Assembly (NCBI GenBank): GCA_951406725.2
Contig: OX597830.1
Span: 34,410,001-34,474,000, forward strand
Origin: Octopus vulgaris
Taxonomy: Eukaryota
Length of the DNA: 64,000 bases
Reading direction: 5' to 3'
A program made the position numbers and the translations under genes. Numbering within the stretch: position 1 is the first letter of the stretch; each line of letters starts with the position of its first letter. The notes beneath the pieces were generated by a model that worked only from the letters and a program-made list of their open reading frames with translations, was not told where the DNA came from and did no database searches. Shown here one piece after another: positions 27,251-41,861 of the stretch.

Positions 27251-27460
27251 CTGGGTCCACGAAACAATAACTACTACTACTACTACTACTACTGTACTAC
27301 TATTACTGCTGCTACTACTACTACAGCTGCTACAACAACTACTACTATTACGTCTACTACTACAGAGTGTAGGCAAAACAAATGTTATGCTATGTTTAAA
27401 CTTGGTGTTAAGAATATCGATAGGAATGCGTATTTTACAATGTGTCCATCACTTTCAAGT
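27251..27460 (-). other. Candidate noncoding (5'UTR) exon containing a (TAG)n tract
   Basis: ccttacag| acceptor and perfect CAG|gtaagt donor; no ATG-initiated frame reaches the donor. Confidence 0.3.
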
Positions 27461-28157
27461 CTGTAAGGCTGTAACTTGTGGGAAGCTGGTTTCGTTACTT
27501 TTCTTAATATATTAGTTATAGCTAACCACATATTAATTGCTGTATCATTGATATGAACCAACCCTACTTTACAAACAAAGTTTAAAAAACAGATAGAAGA
27601 CAAATATATTCTACAGTATAAAGAATATTTCTTTAAAGCTAAAGAATGTTGAACTGAAGTGGCTATCATTTTTAACAGCACAAGTATACTAGTTACAAAA
27701 TAATTCTTCTATATTAAGGCATGGTTCTCTGTTGTATTTTTCAATATTTTTATTTCGTTTTTTATTTTCCTTTCTGTTTTTTCTTTGAAGAACAGATTTG
27801 TTGAGGTAACCTGAACGTTCAAAAGTTTTTTAATCATTATTACTAATCCACATCTATTCCTGTTTCATAAAACATTTAAAAAAAGAGAAATATATGTATA
27901 TAAATATCTATATCTTTTTATATACATATATATGTGTAGGTATGTGTGTGTGTTTAAAAAATTTCTAACATAGAGGTAGCCTAAAAAAAATGAGAGCCTA
28001 CTTTATGGAAGTTATTTGATATAAAAGAAATAGCAGAAAAAAAGTAGCCATGTCAAAATATAAAATTATACAAAATGCCCGGATATAGGTATTTTCTCCT
28101 CATTTTCATCTGAATTTCCTTAATATTTTATTATCATCATCATCATCATTTTTATCC

Positions 28158-28259
<102 letters not shown>

Positions 28260-28536
28260 TCATTTATCTTTTATTTAAATCTTTTCATCTAGCTCTCAGA
28301 TACATTCGAATTCATTATTCTTGCTGTTGTTGTTATTGTTGTCATTATAACGGTTATTCTCCTTTGTATCATCATCATCATCATCATCAACATTATTAGT
28401 AATGGTAGTACCATTATCATCAATATTAATATTATTATTTCTATTTTTAATTTATATTTATATACATACATATCTATACATATATAAGTATATATATACA
28501 AGTATATACATATATATGTATGTGTGTAGTGATATA

Positions 28537-28609
<73 letters not shown>

Positions 28610-28637
28610 CACATATATATATATATACACACATATA

Positions 28638-28671
<34 letters not shown>

Positions 28672-29021
28672 CACACACATACACACACCCATATATATAT
28701 AAAATAACACAGAAATTGACAGAAGAATTACCCAGTGAATTGCACAAGAATCAAGCATTTTCTTACAAAAGTTTATTATTTGAAAAAGTACACACACTAA
28801 AAAAAAAACACATGCACAAAACAGAATAAAATAAAATTTTCAAAATAAAAAATAATAAACAAAAAAATAAATTACAAATAAAAAAAACTTCTGAAATTAA
28901 ATATAAAAAAAATCAAAGTAAAACACATATACACATTCATGTTAATACTCCTTCACGCATACACACATATACACACAAAGCCTTCTTACCACACAGTTGA
29001 ACAGAATAAATGAAAAATAAA

Positions 29022-29079
<58 letters not shown>

Positions 29080-29245
29080 GCAGACATTAAAATGGTTTAT
29101 ACAATGCTGAGTAAAAGCACTTCCTAAAATATTCCTTTTAAGTAATAATTGGAAAGTTGCAAGGGAGATGCTTTTTAGTTACTGGTCTTATTCTCTCATT
29201 CTCTTTTTGTTTTGTTGTTGATGTTGTTATTCTCTTATCCCCCTA

Positions 29246-29295
<50 letters not shown>

Positions 29296-29338
29296 TACAT
29301 AGACACATATCAGCATATATATAAGTATATATATATAA

Positions 29339-29384
<46 letters not shown>

Positions 29385-29634
29385 AGTATATTCATACTTA
29401 GACACATACAAACATATACATGAGTGCATGTGTGTATATACTATATTATAGCTTTGATTTTTTTTTATATATATTTATTATTTTGAGGGGTTCTTTTGGG
29501 GCTGTGGTGGTTTGGTTGTCGAAAAATATTGTTTATTTTGCTTTTTTCCTAATTTTCTGCCCTTTTTTTGTTATTATTTTCATTTATTATATTATATTAT
29601 ATCATGAGGAGGGATAGTGGTACTGGTTCCTAAC

Positions 29635-29671
29635 CTCATCTGTATCTTCACCACCATAACCAATGCAAAGA
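29635..29671 (-). CDS. Candidate 37-nt exon (xLCIGYGGEDTDE phase 2->0, or MVVKIQM phase 2)
   Basis: Long U-rich tract with upstream ctaat branch-like site, ttttttttgtag| acceptor, GAG|gttagg donor; possible upstream noncoding donor TAA|gtgagc at 30058. Confidence 0.35.
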
Positions 29672-30267
29672 CTACAAAAAAAAGTGAATAAAGTTTAAAA
29701 AAAAAAAGAAAGTGAAGAAGTAAAAAAAATTAGAAGTAAATCTAAAAATCAAAATCTAATAAAAAAGAAGAAAGAAAGAAAGAAAGAAAATGGTTGGCAC
29801 CTTGGAGCAAAGGTCTGAATATATGCAAGTTCTTTGAGAAATCTTTCATGTCTACCCATATAACCATTCATTGTTTACCGATGGTTCAGCTTGCTTGTGA
29901 TATAAAAGAAAAGGGACATACAGTCACACACATATATTAAGTACTTATATATATATATGTGTGTGAGTGTGTGTGTATTAAACATGCAAACATACATACA
30001 CATACTGCAAAAAAAAAGGGGGTAAAAACACAGAGACAAAAACAAAAATGAGCTCACTTAAAAGCGATCTTCAAGTTCTAACATAGAATATGAAATTTCT
30101 TTGGTGGATTTAATATACAGGAATAGTTGACAATATTTTTTTTCTTCCTCACTTTCTTTTTTATCATTATTTTTTTTTCTTTGGCTAATCCAAAAGTTAA
30201 GGTAAAGCTAAAAATATAAAAAATCAAAGTCTTAATAGTTAATAAAAATAATGCCAATAATAATAAC

Positions 30268-30312
<45 letters not shown>

Positions 30313-30607
30313 CTTTTCTTTATACTATGACTACTAATAATAATGACAATATTATGTAGTATATAATTTGAAAAAAAAATCTAGCCTCCTTATGAAAAAA
30401 AAAATTGTAATAAGGAAAACCAAGAAGACGGTTTCTATTTATTTAAGTGCTTTTCATTTTATTTCCTTCTTGCCTGTGTGTATATGAGTATATACACATA
30501 TAATGTATGTAGATAAACGTTATGTATTTCATATCTATCTTTCGTTCTTTCTCTCTCTATCTCCCCTTTATGTGTGTGTGTATACATGCATGTATATACA
30601 TACATGT

Positions 30608-30653
<46 letters not shown>

Positions 30654-30738
30654 TTATGAAAGTCTATGATACATATATGCTCATATGGATATTTATATAT
30701 ATTGATGCCAGGAAGCATGTTCCTCTAAATGTGTGAGA

Positions 30739-30779
<41 letters not shown>

Positions 30780-31669
30780 CACATTAATACATATACTCAT
30801 ACATACCTGTGCATACATATATATATTATATATATATATAGACATATATATATCTACATACATACATATATATAGATATATACATACATACATATATATA
30901 TGTATAGCTTAAGTATGTATATTAAGTTAATATATACATATGCACATATATTGCTTAAGTTGACTTTAATATCATATAACAGGGAATATAAAGTTAACAT
31001 TGATAAGATTTTGCATTTGGATTTCAAAGCTGTCAATATGCTTTCAATCCCTGGATCAAATTTACGATCAGCATCTAAAGGATCCCATTGTGTGCTGTTA
31101 ATATTTCAATGTAGGAATTTGTCACTTTCTCCTTTTTCCTTTCTCATCTTACCTCAGCAAATGAAAATGCCCTATACTTCCAGTTTGTGTAAGGCAATCA
31201 CCATCAAAATATTTTTACTTCAACTTATAAAATGCAATTCCAAAGACCATACTGTATTACAAGTTACTAAACATTGCTTAGAATAGCCAATATCATTGTT
31301 GGAAGTGCCTAATTTGTGAATCTTTCCTAGTTGTGCCACTGACGACCTATCCAACCTCAATGCGTTTGCTCAAATTACTAGAAATAGCAGCTAAATCTAC
31401 ATCAAATCTCAGTACTTAAAACAAAGCTAAAATATTTTTTTAAAAAAGACATCTTAATAACTGTTAGTATCAAAAGATGTGTTTAGGTACAAGCATGGCC
31501 CTGGGGTTAAGAAACTCACTTTGTAACCATGTGACCAAGGGTTCAATCCCACTGTGTGATACTCTAGGCAAGTATTTTCTATAATAGTTCAAGTCCATTA
31601 ATGCCGTATCAGTAAATTTGGTAGATGGAAACAATATGGAATCCCATCATGTGTATGTATGTATGTATG

Positions 31670-31747
<78 letters not shown>

Positions 31748-31751
31748 CATA

Positions 31752-33037
31752 TTGGGTTATCTCATAAATACTGTGGATTTATCAATTTCTTGAACTTAAT
31801 GTTGGAGAGGGATGGAATAAACTACCTGCCTCAACTTCCTATAAAAGTAGGTAGTAATTTTACCTTGTACTTATTCTTAGTGCACATTTTGAAGAGTGCA
31901 GTTCAATTTTAGCAGTTATTTTTTCAAAGCTATAATGGAAGTAACAAAGGAGCATATTCAGCATATTTTACTTTATGAGTTCAATGAAGGCAACAACACA
32001 ACAGAAAGTGCAAAGAATATTAGATACAATATATGAGGAACGGACAATAAGTGTAAGCCAGTGTCAACGGTGGTTCCAGAAATTCCGAGCCAGAATCTGC
32101 AGTCTAGAAGATGAGCCTCATCCTGAAAGATCTGTAAAGCTCGACGAGGACGCTCTGCAAACCTTGGTGGAACAAAATCCCATCGTAACAGTTGAGGAAC
32201 TTGAAGAGAAACTTGGATTTGGTCATTCAACAATTCATCGACAACTGTGTGCCATCAGAAAACTCAACAAATTGGGTTAATGGATTCCTCACAAACTTTC
32301 CAAGTCTGATCATGTACAGAGGGCGAATGTGTGCTCTTCTTTGCTGTCACATCTCACGAATGAACCTCTTTTGGGGGCCAAATAGTGACTGGTGAGGAGA
32401 AATGGTTTCTCTATAAAAATGTCAAGTGCAGAAGACAATGGGTAGGGAAAGGAGAAACACCAGCACCCCGGGCTAAAGAAGGTCTTCACCCACACAAGGT
32501 GTTGTAATCTGTTTGGTGGGATATGAAAGGTTTAGTCCACTTTGAACTTTTAAACCCAAACCAAATGATAACAAAGGTGATAACAAAGCAGCTTGAAAAA
32601 CGACCATATTTTCAAAAATGGTCGTTTTGAAAAAAAAAACGAACATTTTTGGTTTCAAGACAAAAGGTGTACTTCCATCAGGATAATGCTCAGCCACATA
32701 CTGTGAGGATGACATTCCAAAGGCTGGAGTAAAATGAATAGGAAACGATACCCCACTGACTATATTCGCTTGTCATTGCTTCATCTAATTATCATTTATT
32801 CTGTAGTCTTTAAAATTGTTTGGATAGAAAAAATATGAATTCGGTAGACGAGATCAGAAAAGAGTATTTTTTATCATGGACAGATAAATAGAGGAGCCTT
32901 GCAAGTCTACCAATTAGTTGGAAGAGCATTGTAGAAAATAAAGGAAAGTATATTTTAGATTAAAAAAGAACTTTGTTTATTTTAATTTTGAAAAATAAAA
33001 GAAGTATAAAAACTGCATTATTTATGGGATGACCCAA
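31752..33037 (+). mobile_element. Full-length (~1.29 kb) inactive mariner transposon
   Basis: TA-flanked TIRs ttgggttatctcataaatactgtgg / ctgcattatttatgggatgacccaa; internal transposase remnant. Confidence 0.95.
31935..32963 (+). pseudogene. Mariner transposase pseudogene (DD34D family)
   Basis: MEVTKEHIQHILLYEFNEGN..., HTH CQRWFQKFR, WIPHKL (cf. WVPHEL), IVTGEEKW, HQDNAQPH, YSLVIASSNYHLF (cf. YSPDLAPSDYHLF); frameshifts and stops. Confidence 0.92.
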
Positions 33038-33479
33038 TACATACATACATTAATATATATATAATTGAATGTGTATTTGTATATCTGACTTTATGTGTAT
33101 GTCCACACACAATGCTTGACAGATACTGTTGGTTTGTTGCTTACATTTCTGTAGCTTAGCAGTTCAACAAAAGACACAGAAAGAATAATTACCAAACCCC
33201 TAAAGAAATAAGCACTGGATTCGATTTGTTTGACTAAAGCCTCTCCATGGCGACAACTCAATGACTTAAACCTGTAAAAGATAAAAAGACACTCATTTTG
33301 TTTTTTTAAATACCGTATTCCAGCAGTTGGTAAGAGGCTACTAAACATGCTGACATCAGAAAAGGCATTTGAATGGAAATGACTGATTCAAAAGAAGTTC
33401 TATCTTGTTCATGTTAGCATTGAAGGGAAGATGCAAAAGGACCAGGGAATAAATAATGGCCTTTTCTACTATGGGCTCT

Positions 33480-33675
33480 AGGGAGGACAAACACAGAAAC
33501 ACACATGCACATATGTATCTATATAACAGATGTTTTTAGTTTCCATGAATCAAATCAACTCACAAGGCTGTGGTCAGCCCAGGGTTATAGAAGATTCTTA
33601 GCCAAGGTACCATGCAATGAGACTGAACCAAGAACCATGTGGTTCAGAAGCAAATTTCTTACCTCACAACCACAA
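33480..33675 (-). mobile_element. Partial degenerate SINE family A
   Basis: caaatcaactcacaaggctgtggtcagcccagggttatag...gactgaaccaagaaccatgtggtt. Confidence 0.7.
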
Positions 33676-33729
33676 CTTTTGTAAAAGTTGACTCTAAAAA
33701 AACGATATCCCAGTAATTGAGACAAGAAA

Positions 33730-34500
33730 ATTAATCACAAAAATTTAACTTTATTCAACATTCAATCATTTTTAAACCACGTTTGTCATGTACACTTTTC
33801 AATTCTCTTCTTTATTAATTCAATTCCTTACACCTTAAGCTCTCTCTTAAAAAGTTATCTCCATGTATGGGTATGATTGTACCTATTTAAAGAATGAAAA
33901 TCTCTCGACACGATGTTGAGTAAAGTGTATTGCAATTAAACTTTGATTAATTATATGTTGTATAGACCAGTTTGCTTAACAACATCAAGTCCTTTCAATA
34001 CCTTGCGGCTTTGTTTGTTCTTTGAGCCATCATAAGCAAACTGACTTCCCATTTTTTCTTTGAAATAAGTTTGTAAGGGACTTTCTGCTAAACATCAACA
34101 TCTTGTACAAGTATGCAGCTATTAGGTTTCTTCCAAATGCCCTCCCATTAAACAACTTTCTCACATCTTTGGTGAAAATTTCAAAGGTCGATTGTGTAAA
34201 TTTCACTTTTAATATTGCTTCGGTTCTTATTCATGATTGTATTTAGATGTGATACATTCTGATTGAAGTCCTGGTTTTTATTCTAGATCTTAGACCAAAT
34301 TTATTTTAAAACTTTACAAGAAGGGACATTTTTATGGAGATATTGATAATTTTTTTATCCTCTAGCATAGAACTTCTGGATTAGAAGCAAACATGTGTTT
34401 AATACTAGATTATTGAAGTAGTTTTTGGACAACAAGGTTTTGCACTCAACGTCTTCATTTTGAGTTTTGAACTCATTGATTTTCCCTCAAGATTTTGGAG
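33730..34500 (-). mobile_element. Very old Tx1/L1-type LINE ORF2 C-terminal remnant
   Basis: Minus strand WEGIWKK... and CTRC*CLAESPLQTYF resemble the W..IW motif and the CxxC..E..H zinc knuckle; heavily disrupted. Confidence 0.35.
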
Positions 34501-34619
34501 TGTAGAATCACCATTCGTTTTTTTTTTTTACTGCATAATTTAGATGGTACTCTGTGAAATTATTTACCTTATGATGACATATAAATGTTTTATTCTTCAG
34601 TGCAGGTTGTTGATATTTT

Positions 34620-35560
34620 CTGTCATCCATCTGGGTTGCAGGCGTTATTTCATTACCATGTCCTTTGCATGTAATTCCTAGCTTTGCTTTGAGAGTGATA
34701 GCAGCTGTATACAGTTGAGTATTGATTGCCCAATACGTTTCATCATACATTTTGATATAACTTCTAGCAATGATATCACCATCTACATTTACTGTTGCAT
34801 GTATGTCTGTATAATACATGCATGTATGCATAGATATGTGCAGGCATATAAGCATACATGCATGTGCATATGTATGTTCCCACATATACATGTATACATG
34901 CAATAACATGTATGTTATTGCATGTTTAGATCTGTGTGCTTTGACTTGGGTATATGTACACAAGAATATGCATGCTTAGCTCCATGTTAGTATATGCACT
35001 TATTGCACTTCAAATTCTGAAACATTTTACATATTTTCACAGTGGTTTTGATTGCTTATATCTGTAATTGCCTAACTAGCTGTGTCACCGTTAGATTTTC
35101 GAAACCTTGTTTCTCAAGACTGATGCTCAAGTAGTTAGTTATGTATCCAAATGTTCCATTAATTATTAGTGTAAATCTAAATCTATAGCCAGAGTAGAGT
35201 AGCTGCTGATGAATCACTCTTTGGACCCAGATGCTTTTTTCTTTCTCAACACAGTGTTCAAATCTACTCAGCCCCGATTTCCCTCATTGTGCATAGTTTC
35301 TTTCCTCATTCCCAATTCATTATATCTGGCCTGTTAGAATTGCTGCTTACTAAGGTCTTAACTGCAATATTTTACCAGTTTTCTTTTCCTTGAGTTTATC
35401 TTCACCATAGATTTTACTGTACAATATTCTGGCTTGGATATCATCTCTCATTTGTGAGCAATAATAACATAATTAAATTTTTTGACATCTACTTAGGATG
35501 TGAGTGACATTCTCAGTGTTGAATTCCACAGTCTTTATCAGTTTTCATACTTTTGTTGAA
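34620..35560 (-). mobile_element. Fragments of an RLE-bearing (R4/Dong-like) non-LTR retrotransposon
   Basis: 35005-35560: TENVTHILSRC (CCHC knuckle), NRPDI, QLLYSGYRFRFTLIINGTFGYI...TVKICKMF. 34620-34790: INTQLYTAAITL, resembling the N-terminal region. Confidence 0.65.
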
Positions 35561-36039
35561 GTAGTGGTTGCTTTTATTGTAGTAGTTGTTGCTGCTTACT
35601 TTTCCAGTTCTTTAACATTAAATGCCTTGACTATTGCTGAAATAACAAGACAAATATTAATTTAAAAAGTGACATGAAGTAAGAATAGGCAGCCATATTT
35701 AACAAAAGGTTATTTACGCTACAATCAATCAGTGGACTCTCTTCATGGTCGCTCAATTGCTAAAAAGCATTACCAACATCCTCCCAAGCCACACACTACT
35801 GCTTTTATAAATAATTTAGTTTTAGAGGAAGTGTAATAACATTGTCAGTCTTAGGTTTGCTCGATCATGACTGACCTAAGACTAAAGAATAAAAGACAAC
35901 CACAGATTAACTACAGATGATTAATAGTTAAATGCCGGGGCTATTAGTAAGAATCCTAACCCAGCTCAACTTTTCCTTTGCGACCCTGCTGATCACATCT
36001 CACTTCTCTGCAAAGATGCACCCCTTCCTCTGCTTTCCC

Positions 36040-36720
36040 CTCCTTGGACTTTTCCAGTAAGTCCCCCTCACCCTCCTCCTCGGAAGTCCTTCCCTTTCCA
36101 CCCCTTCCCCACCTCCTCGGAACTTTCAAGGAAGTTGCCCACCCTCGTGCACTTTTCCAGGAAGTCATTCGTCCTCCTCCTTTCTTTCCTCCTCGGAATT
36201 TGCCAAGAAGTTTCCCAACCTCTCCTTGGACTTTTCCAGAAAGCCCTTCCTCCCCTTCACCCTTCCTCGGAAATTTCCAGAAAGTTGCCCAAACACCTCC
36301 TTGGACTTTTCCTGGAAGTCCTTCCCATCCTCGGAACATTTCAGGAATTTGTCCACACCGTCCTAAGACTTTTCCAGGATTCCTTCATCCCCTCCTCCCC
36401 TTTATTCCTCCACGGAACTTTCGAGGAAGTCCTTTCCCCTCCTCAGAGCAGGAAGTTGACCAGCCCCACATTGGACTTTTCCAGGAAGTCCTTCCTCCAC
36501 ATCCTTAGAACTTTCCAGGAAGTCCTTCATCCCCCTCCATGGAACTTTCCGAGAAGTTACCCATTCTCGGAACTTTCAAAGAAGTTGCTCCTTCCCCCTC
36601 CTTGGAACTTCTCAGAAAGTTGTCCACCCGCCTTGGACTTTTTCAGGAAGTCCTTCCTCCCCCTCCTCAGAACTTTCAAGGAAGTTGCCCACACCATTCT
36701 CTGACTTATCCAGGAATTCA
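36040..36720. repeat. GC-rich minisatellite of alternating ~30-33 nt palindromic subunits (~60-65 nt dimer)
   Basis: Units ccttggacttttccaggaagtccttcctcccct and cctcggaactttcaaggaagttgcccacc; about 20 diverged monomers. Confidence 0.9.
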
Positions 36721-36759
36721 TTCATCCAATATTCATTCAATATTGCATAAATGATGTTA

Positions 36760-37130
36760 GCATCAATTTTAAAATCCACCTAAGACTTGGCCCCCATGCT
36801 AAAAGCCCACTACAAAAATCAAACTCAAGATACATAACAACATTACAACACAATTACTTTACCTCAACCAGTCCAGCTCTCTTTAATACCATACCAAAAT
36901 ACATCAAAACTGAAACAGATCCCATAAAATTCAAAAGCTCTCTGGACAAATTTCTCCAAAAAATCCCAGACCAACCTCCTACACCCAGATATGTCTCCAA
37001 CAATAGTAACTCTTTGCTAGAGTGGGCCATGGTGTCCTATATATGACTGAAAGACTTCACAAGGTGATGCTATTAAGTTAAATAAATGGCCTAGGACTAT
37101 GCTGGCTGAAACCTATCAAAGTTTAAAGTT
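36760..37130 (+). mobile_element. CR1-type LINE 3' end (ORF2 C-terminus + 3'UTR)
   Basis: FKIHLRLGP...PALFNTIPKYIK.ETD..KFKSSLDKFLQKIPDQPPTPRY..NSLLEW*; tail (aaagttt)n; paralogous to 57830-58345. Confidence 0.8.
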
Positions 37131-37429
37131 CATAATGTCTAATTACTTCATATATGAAAACTCAATCCATGAATGAACTCTAGCTCTTGTAAGTAAGTGT
37201 AAATGAACCATGGCCAAATATTCAAGAAGTCTGCATTGAAATTATGTTGTCTTGAGCGATCTCTCTGCTTGTCAATTTGAGGAAATGAATTTACCATTGT
37301 TATATTGCAAAATTATTATCTACACTGTTATATTTAAGATCGTTTCCATAAACGTATGTATGTATGTTTTCGTTTAAGTATGTATTCTCATGCATATAGC
37401 ATCATGTCTAGACTTACTTATATAAATTT

Positions 37430-37712
37430 AAATGATAAACTTCTGGAAAGTTTTACAAATTTTTATAGTTCCAGGGATTGCTTGGAACAGTAATCTTCAA
37501 ATTAGCTTTCTCTTTTCTGGTTTTGAGAAGCTTAATTTCTCAAGATTGGTACTTAGGAAGTGTGTTACATATCCCAGGGCCCTAAAAATTACAGGTATAA
37601 CCCTTAACTTGTAATCTGGGTTGAGTAACTGCAGATTTCTCATTAGTTCAGAGCAGGTATATTCTTTTTCATTGATCTTTAGCTTTATGCTAACATCTGC
37701 TGGGGCAACTGG
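37430..37712 (-). mobile_element. 5'-truncated RLE (R4/Dong-like) retrotransposon C-terminus
   Basis: PADVSIKLKINEKEYTCSELMRNLQLLNPDYKLRVIPVIFRALGYV...GTIKICKTFQKF*; restriction-like endonuclease tail. Confidence 0.8.
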
Positions 37713-37927
37713 TATGTATATATGTATGCATGTTTGCATGCGTATATGAATGCATGCATGTATTAATGTAGTATGAATGCTTATATTGCATATGTATACA
37801 TATTTGTGCATGCGTGCGTAGGAATGAAAGTAAACATATTCACTTATAAATTTGGAAGAATGTTCTCAAAATTCAAAATGTTATGATACATAAATCACGC
37901 ATTACATATTGATAAATGCTAATATAT

Positions 37928-37963
<36 letters not shown>

Positions 37964-38145
37964 GTGTGTGTGTGTCCCTGTACAAGATATATACGGATAA
38001 ATTATAATACATCATCAACGTTTTCATCATTGCCATCATCATCATCAATCATTCTCCTTACAACTGCAATAATAATAATTATTATTATTAGTAGTATTAG
38101 AGTTACTAATTTTGAATTCAATAGATATAACACATATCCTTATTA

Positions 38146-38200
<55 letters not shown>

Positions 38201-38521
38201 GTTACCATTTTTTTTTTCTCCCAAATCTGGAAAAAAAATTTCTTTTTCTTCTTTCTTTTTGGTTTCCCTTTCTTCAATGAGATCTATTGCCTCGTATACA
38301 TTTACACAGAGAGAGAGAAAGAGAGGTGGGGGAGGATTCCATTTATTTGGTTATCTTCCAGAGAAATCTCCTTGGCTGAATATCTATCTACATTCTTCCT
38401 CAGAATGAATAAATCTGTCATTTCTTGAATAAAGTTCATAATTAGGAAGAGATTCCTCAATATGATACTGTGGTTTTAAATTATTTATTTATTTATTATT
38501 TATCATCAAATGTGTGTGTGC

Positions 38522-38615
<94 letters not shown>

Positions 38616-38768
38616 GTATCTATATGTATGTATGTATCTATATGTATGTATGTATATATATATGTATGTATGTATATATATATATATATGTATATATATA
38701 TTTATGTATATATATATATATATATGTATGTATATATATAACTATATGTATGTATATATATAAATATG

Positions 38769-38799
<31 letters not shown>

Positions 38800-39574
38800 G
38801 TATATGTATATATGTATTTGTATATACATATAGATGTATATATATGTGTGTGTGAAAATATATATGTAGATCTTCTAAATAATTTTCTTTTTTTACCATT
38901 TTTTGTATCTTCGCATATATTTTTTTATTTTTCGTTAAGGGCGGGCAGGGAAAAATAATTTTGCTGATATATCTAATTTTTTTTTTTGTTTTCTTCCTTT
39001 CATTCAAAATATTTTATCTGAGAGTTCGTTGCTAAACTTCATATATACATTCCAGTATACAAACACACACATGTACACAGATATCCTGCAACATATACAT
39101 ATAGACCTAAATATATGCATTTTGTCTATGAGTATATGTGTGAGCATGCAAGTATATATATATATAGCTATCTGTATCTGTGTATGAGTGTGTGAGTATA
39201 CAAAGAGTCTAGTTTTTTAAAAGAAATGCATAAGCATACGTAAATGTATGTAAGTATGTGTATATCACATGTGTATATGGATGTTTATTCCCCCTCTGTG
39301 TCTCACCCTCTCCCTTCTCTCCCCTAGCACTCTTGAACACAAACACACACAAGCTATTATGTATATACTCAACATATATTTCTATCCTGCAATATATGTG
39401 TGTGTATTTCATTCACATATAATGTAAAAGTGTATAATTATAAATAAAATGTGTGTGTGTGTATGTGTGCGCGTGTGTGTTTATTGATATGTGTATAAGT
39501 TTGTGCATTTATATACCTGAATAATTTATGCATAAATGCATGAATTATGAGTGTGTGTATATATATATATATAT

Positions 39575-39631
<57 letters not shown>

Positions 39632-39673
39632 GAGAGATGTTTATAGATGGATGTATGCATATGTGTGTATGTG

Positions 39674-39704
<31 letters not shown>

Positions 39705-40082
39705 ATTTATGTAAGTATGTATTTATGCATATAATTTTTATGCTTTATCACTAGTTTATCTCGTTTCAGTATATAAAATTGAAAGAGGGTTTGAAGTGAG
39801 AATATAGTGAACATCATTACATGTGTGAATATGAAAATGTTTCATAAATTGTATATGTGATACTTGAAGAAAATATATGTGAGTATTTAGAATTAAACAC
39901 ATACACACATACATACACACATACAAATGCAAAGGCATATATATATATATATATAGGTATATAAATATGCCTGTGCGTCTGCCTGTGTGTCCCTGAGTTT
40001 GTATATGCGTATATGTATGTGTATACATGCATATATGTACTGTGTATATGTATTTATACATGTGTGTATATATGTACTTAAG

Positions 40083-40117
<35 letters not shown>

Positions 40118-40654
40118 ATTCCTTCATATAAATCTTGATATATAAGCGTTTTATAGACATGTATATGGGTGTGTGTACATCAACTTGAATGTATATATAT
40201 ATATATATATATATATAGATACCTATAGTTACATATGTCTCATATTTGTATAGATGTATTTGTGTGTATATATGTATATATATATGTGTGTGTGTGTGTA
40301 TGTATATGTGTGTGTGTGTATACATGCATTCGTATATGCATGTATCTGTCTCCCCTATTTATCTATATATCTATCTAGATAGATAGATAGACAAATAGAT
40401 AGATAGATATATAGATATAAAGATAGATAGATAGATAAGAACAAGAAGTAATAAAAGATGAGAGAGAGGAAGAAAACTGAGTTTGAGTTTCAATATGACA
40501 CTCGTTATCTATATTTTATTACAAATATATATGTATTTATCTTGTACATTATACATGAATGCAGCAAAATTAGATGGTTATCTATCTTAATATACAGAGA
40601 TATTCCTACCCAACCACATATACACATAAAAATAAACACACACACATATACTCA

Positions 40655-40745
<91 letters not shown>

Positions 40746-41245
40746 GTATATATATTCACATGTGGACATGTCTACATTCATACATATATCTAAAGTGAGT
40801 GACAGAAATGATCTTATGTGTATTTCGTAAACATCTTCTCAAATCTAGAATATTACTGATTAATGCATATAAATGTTATGAGATGGGTTTATACATAAAA
40901 TTAAAGCCAACTTGTCGTTATAAAAATGTATTATTCTCTTGTGTTAGTAAATATATATACGTTACTTTATTTTGTAATTATTCACATATTAAAATTTGAA
41001 ACCATAATTATGCCTAATGCATGGATATAGATTCATCCATGTATCCATGCATTCATCTACATACATATATATTCTTGCACTCACATGCTCACTCATGTGT
41101 GTTTACATGTATATCCATAAATATATATAGCTGTAATCATATACACACACACACACATACATACATATATATATATCCTATGCATAAACATGTACCTACA
41201 TACTTATGTATATAGTCATCATCATCTTATATATATATATATATA

Positions 41246-41665
41246 CTCTTTACCCTTTACTCTTTTATTTGTTTCAGTCTTTTGACTGCGGCCATGCTGG
41301 AGCACCGCCTTTAGTTGAGCAAATTGACCCTGGGACTTATTCTTTGTAAGCCTAGTACATATTCTATCGGTCTCTTTTGCCGAACTGCTAAGTTACGGAG
41401 ACATGAACACACCAGCATCGGTTGTCAAGCAATGTTGGTGAGACAAACACAGACACACAAACATATACACATGCACATACATACATATGTATACATATAT
41501 ACGACAGGCTTCTTTCAGTTTCCATCTACCAAATCTACTCACAAGGCTTTGGTCAGCCTGAGGCTATAGTAGAAAACACTTGTCCAAAGTGCCACGCAGT
41601 GGGACTGAAACCAGAACCATGTGGTTGGTAAGCAAGCTACTTACCACACAGCCACTCCTGCGCCT
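41246..41665 (-). mobile_element. SINE family A
   Basis: Full-length reverse-complement copy. Confidence 0.92.
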
Positions 41666-41723
41666 ATATATTTATATATATCATTATCATCGTGTGTATA
41701 TATATATATATTTTATATATATG

Positions 41724-41782
<59 letters not shown>

Positions 41783-41792
41783 AGACATATGA

Positions 41793-41861
<69 letters not shown>

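Larger units (their letters stand above)
31490..33290 (+). mobile_element. Old SINE family A split by the mariner insertion
   Basis: Head 31490-31650, (TA)n spacer, mariner, then tail 33060-33290. Confidence 0.75.

Noticed and set aside
31140-31240. Minus-strand donor GAG|gtaaga at ~31153
   Set aside because: No ATG-opened frame reaches it and no clear acceptor was found.
36040-36720. CRISPR-like repeat-spacer look and overlapping ORFs
   Set aside because: Eukaryotic context, spacers are short C/T-rich and mutually similar, repeats are diverged, and there are no cas genes; it is a minisatellite.
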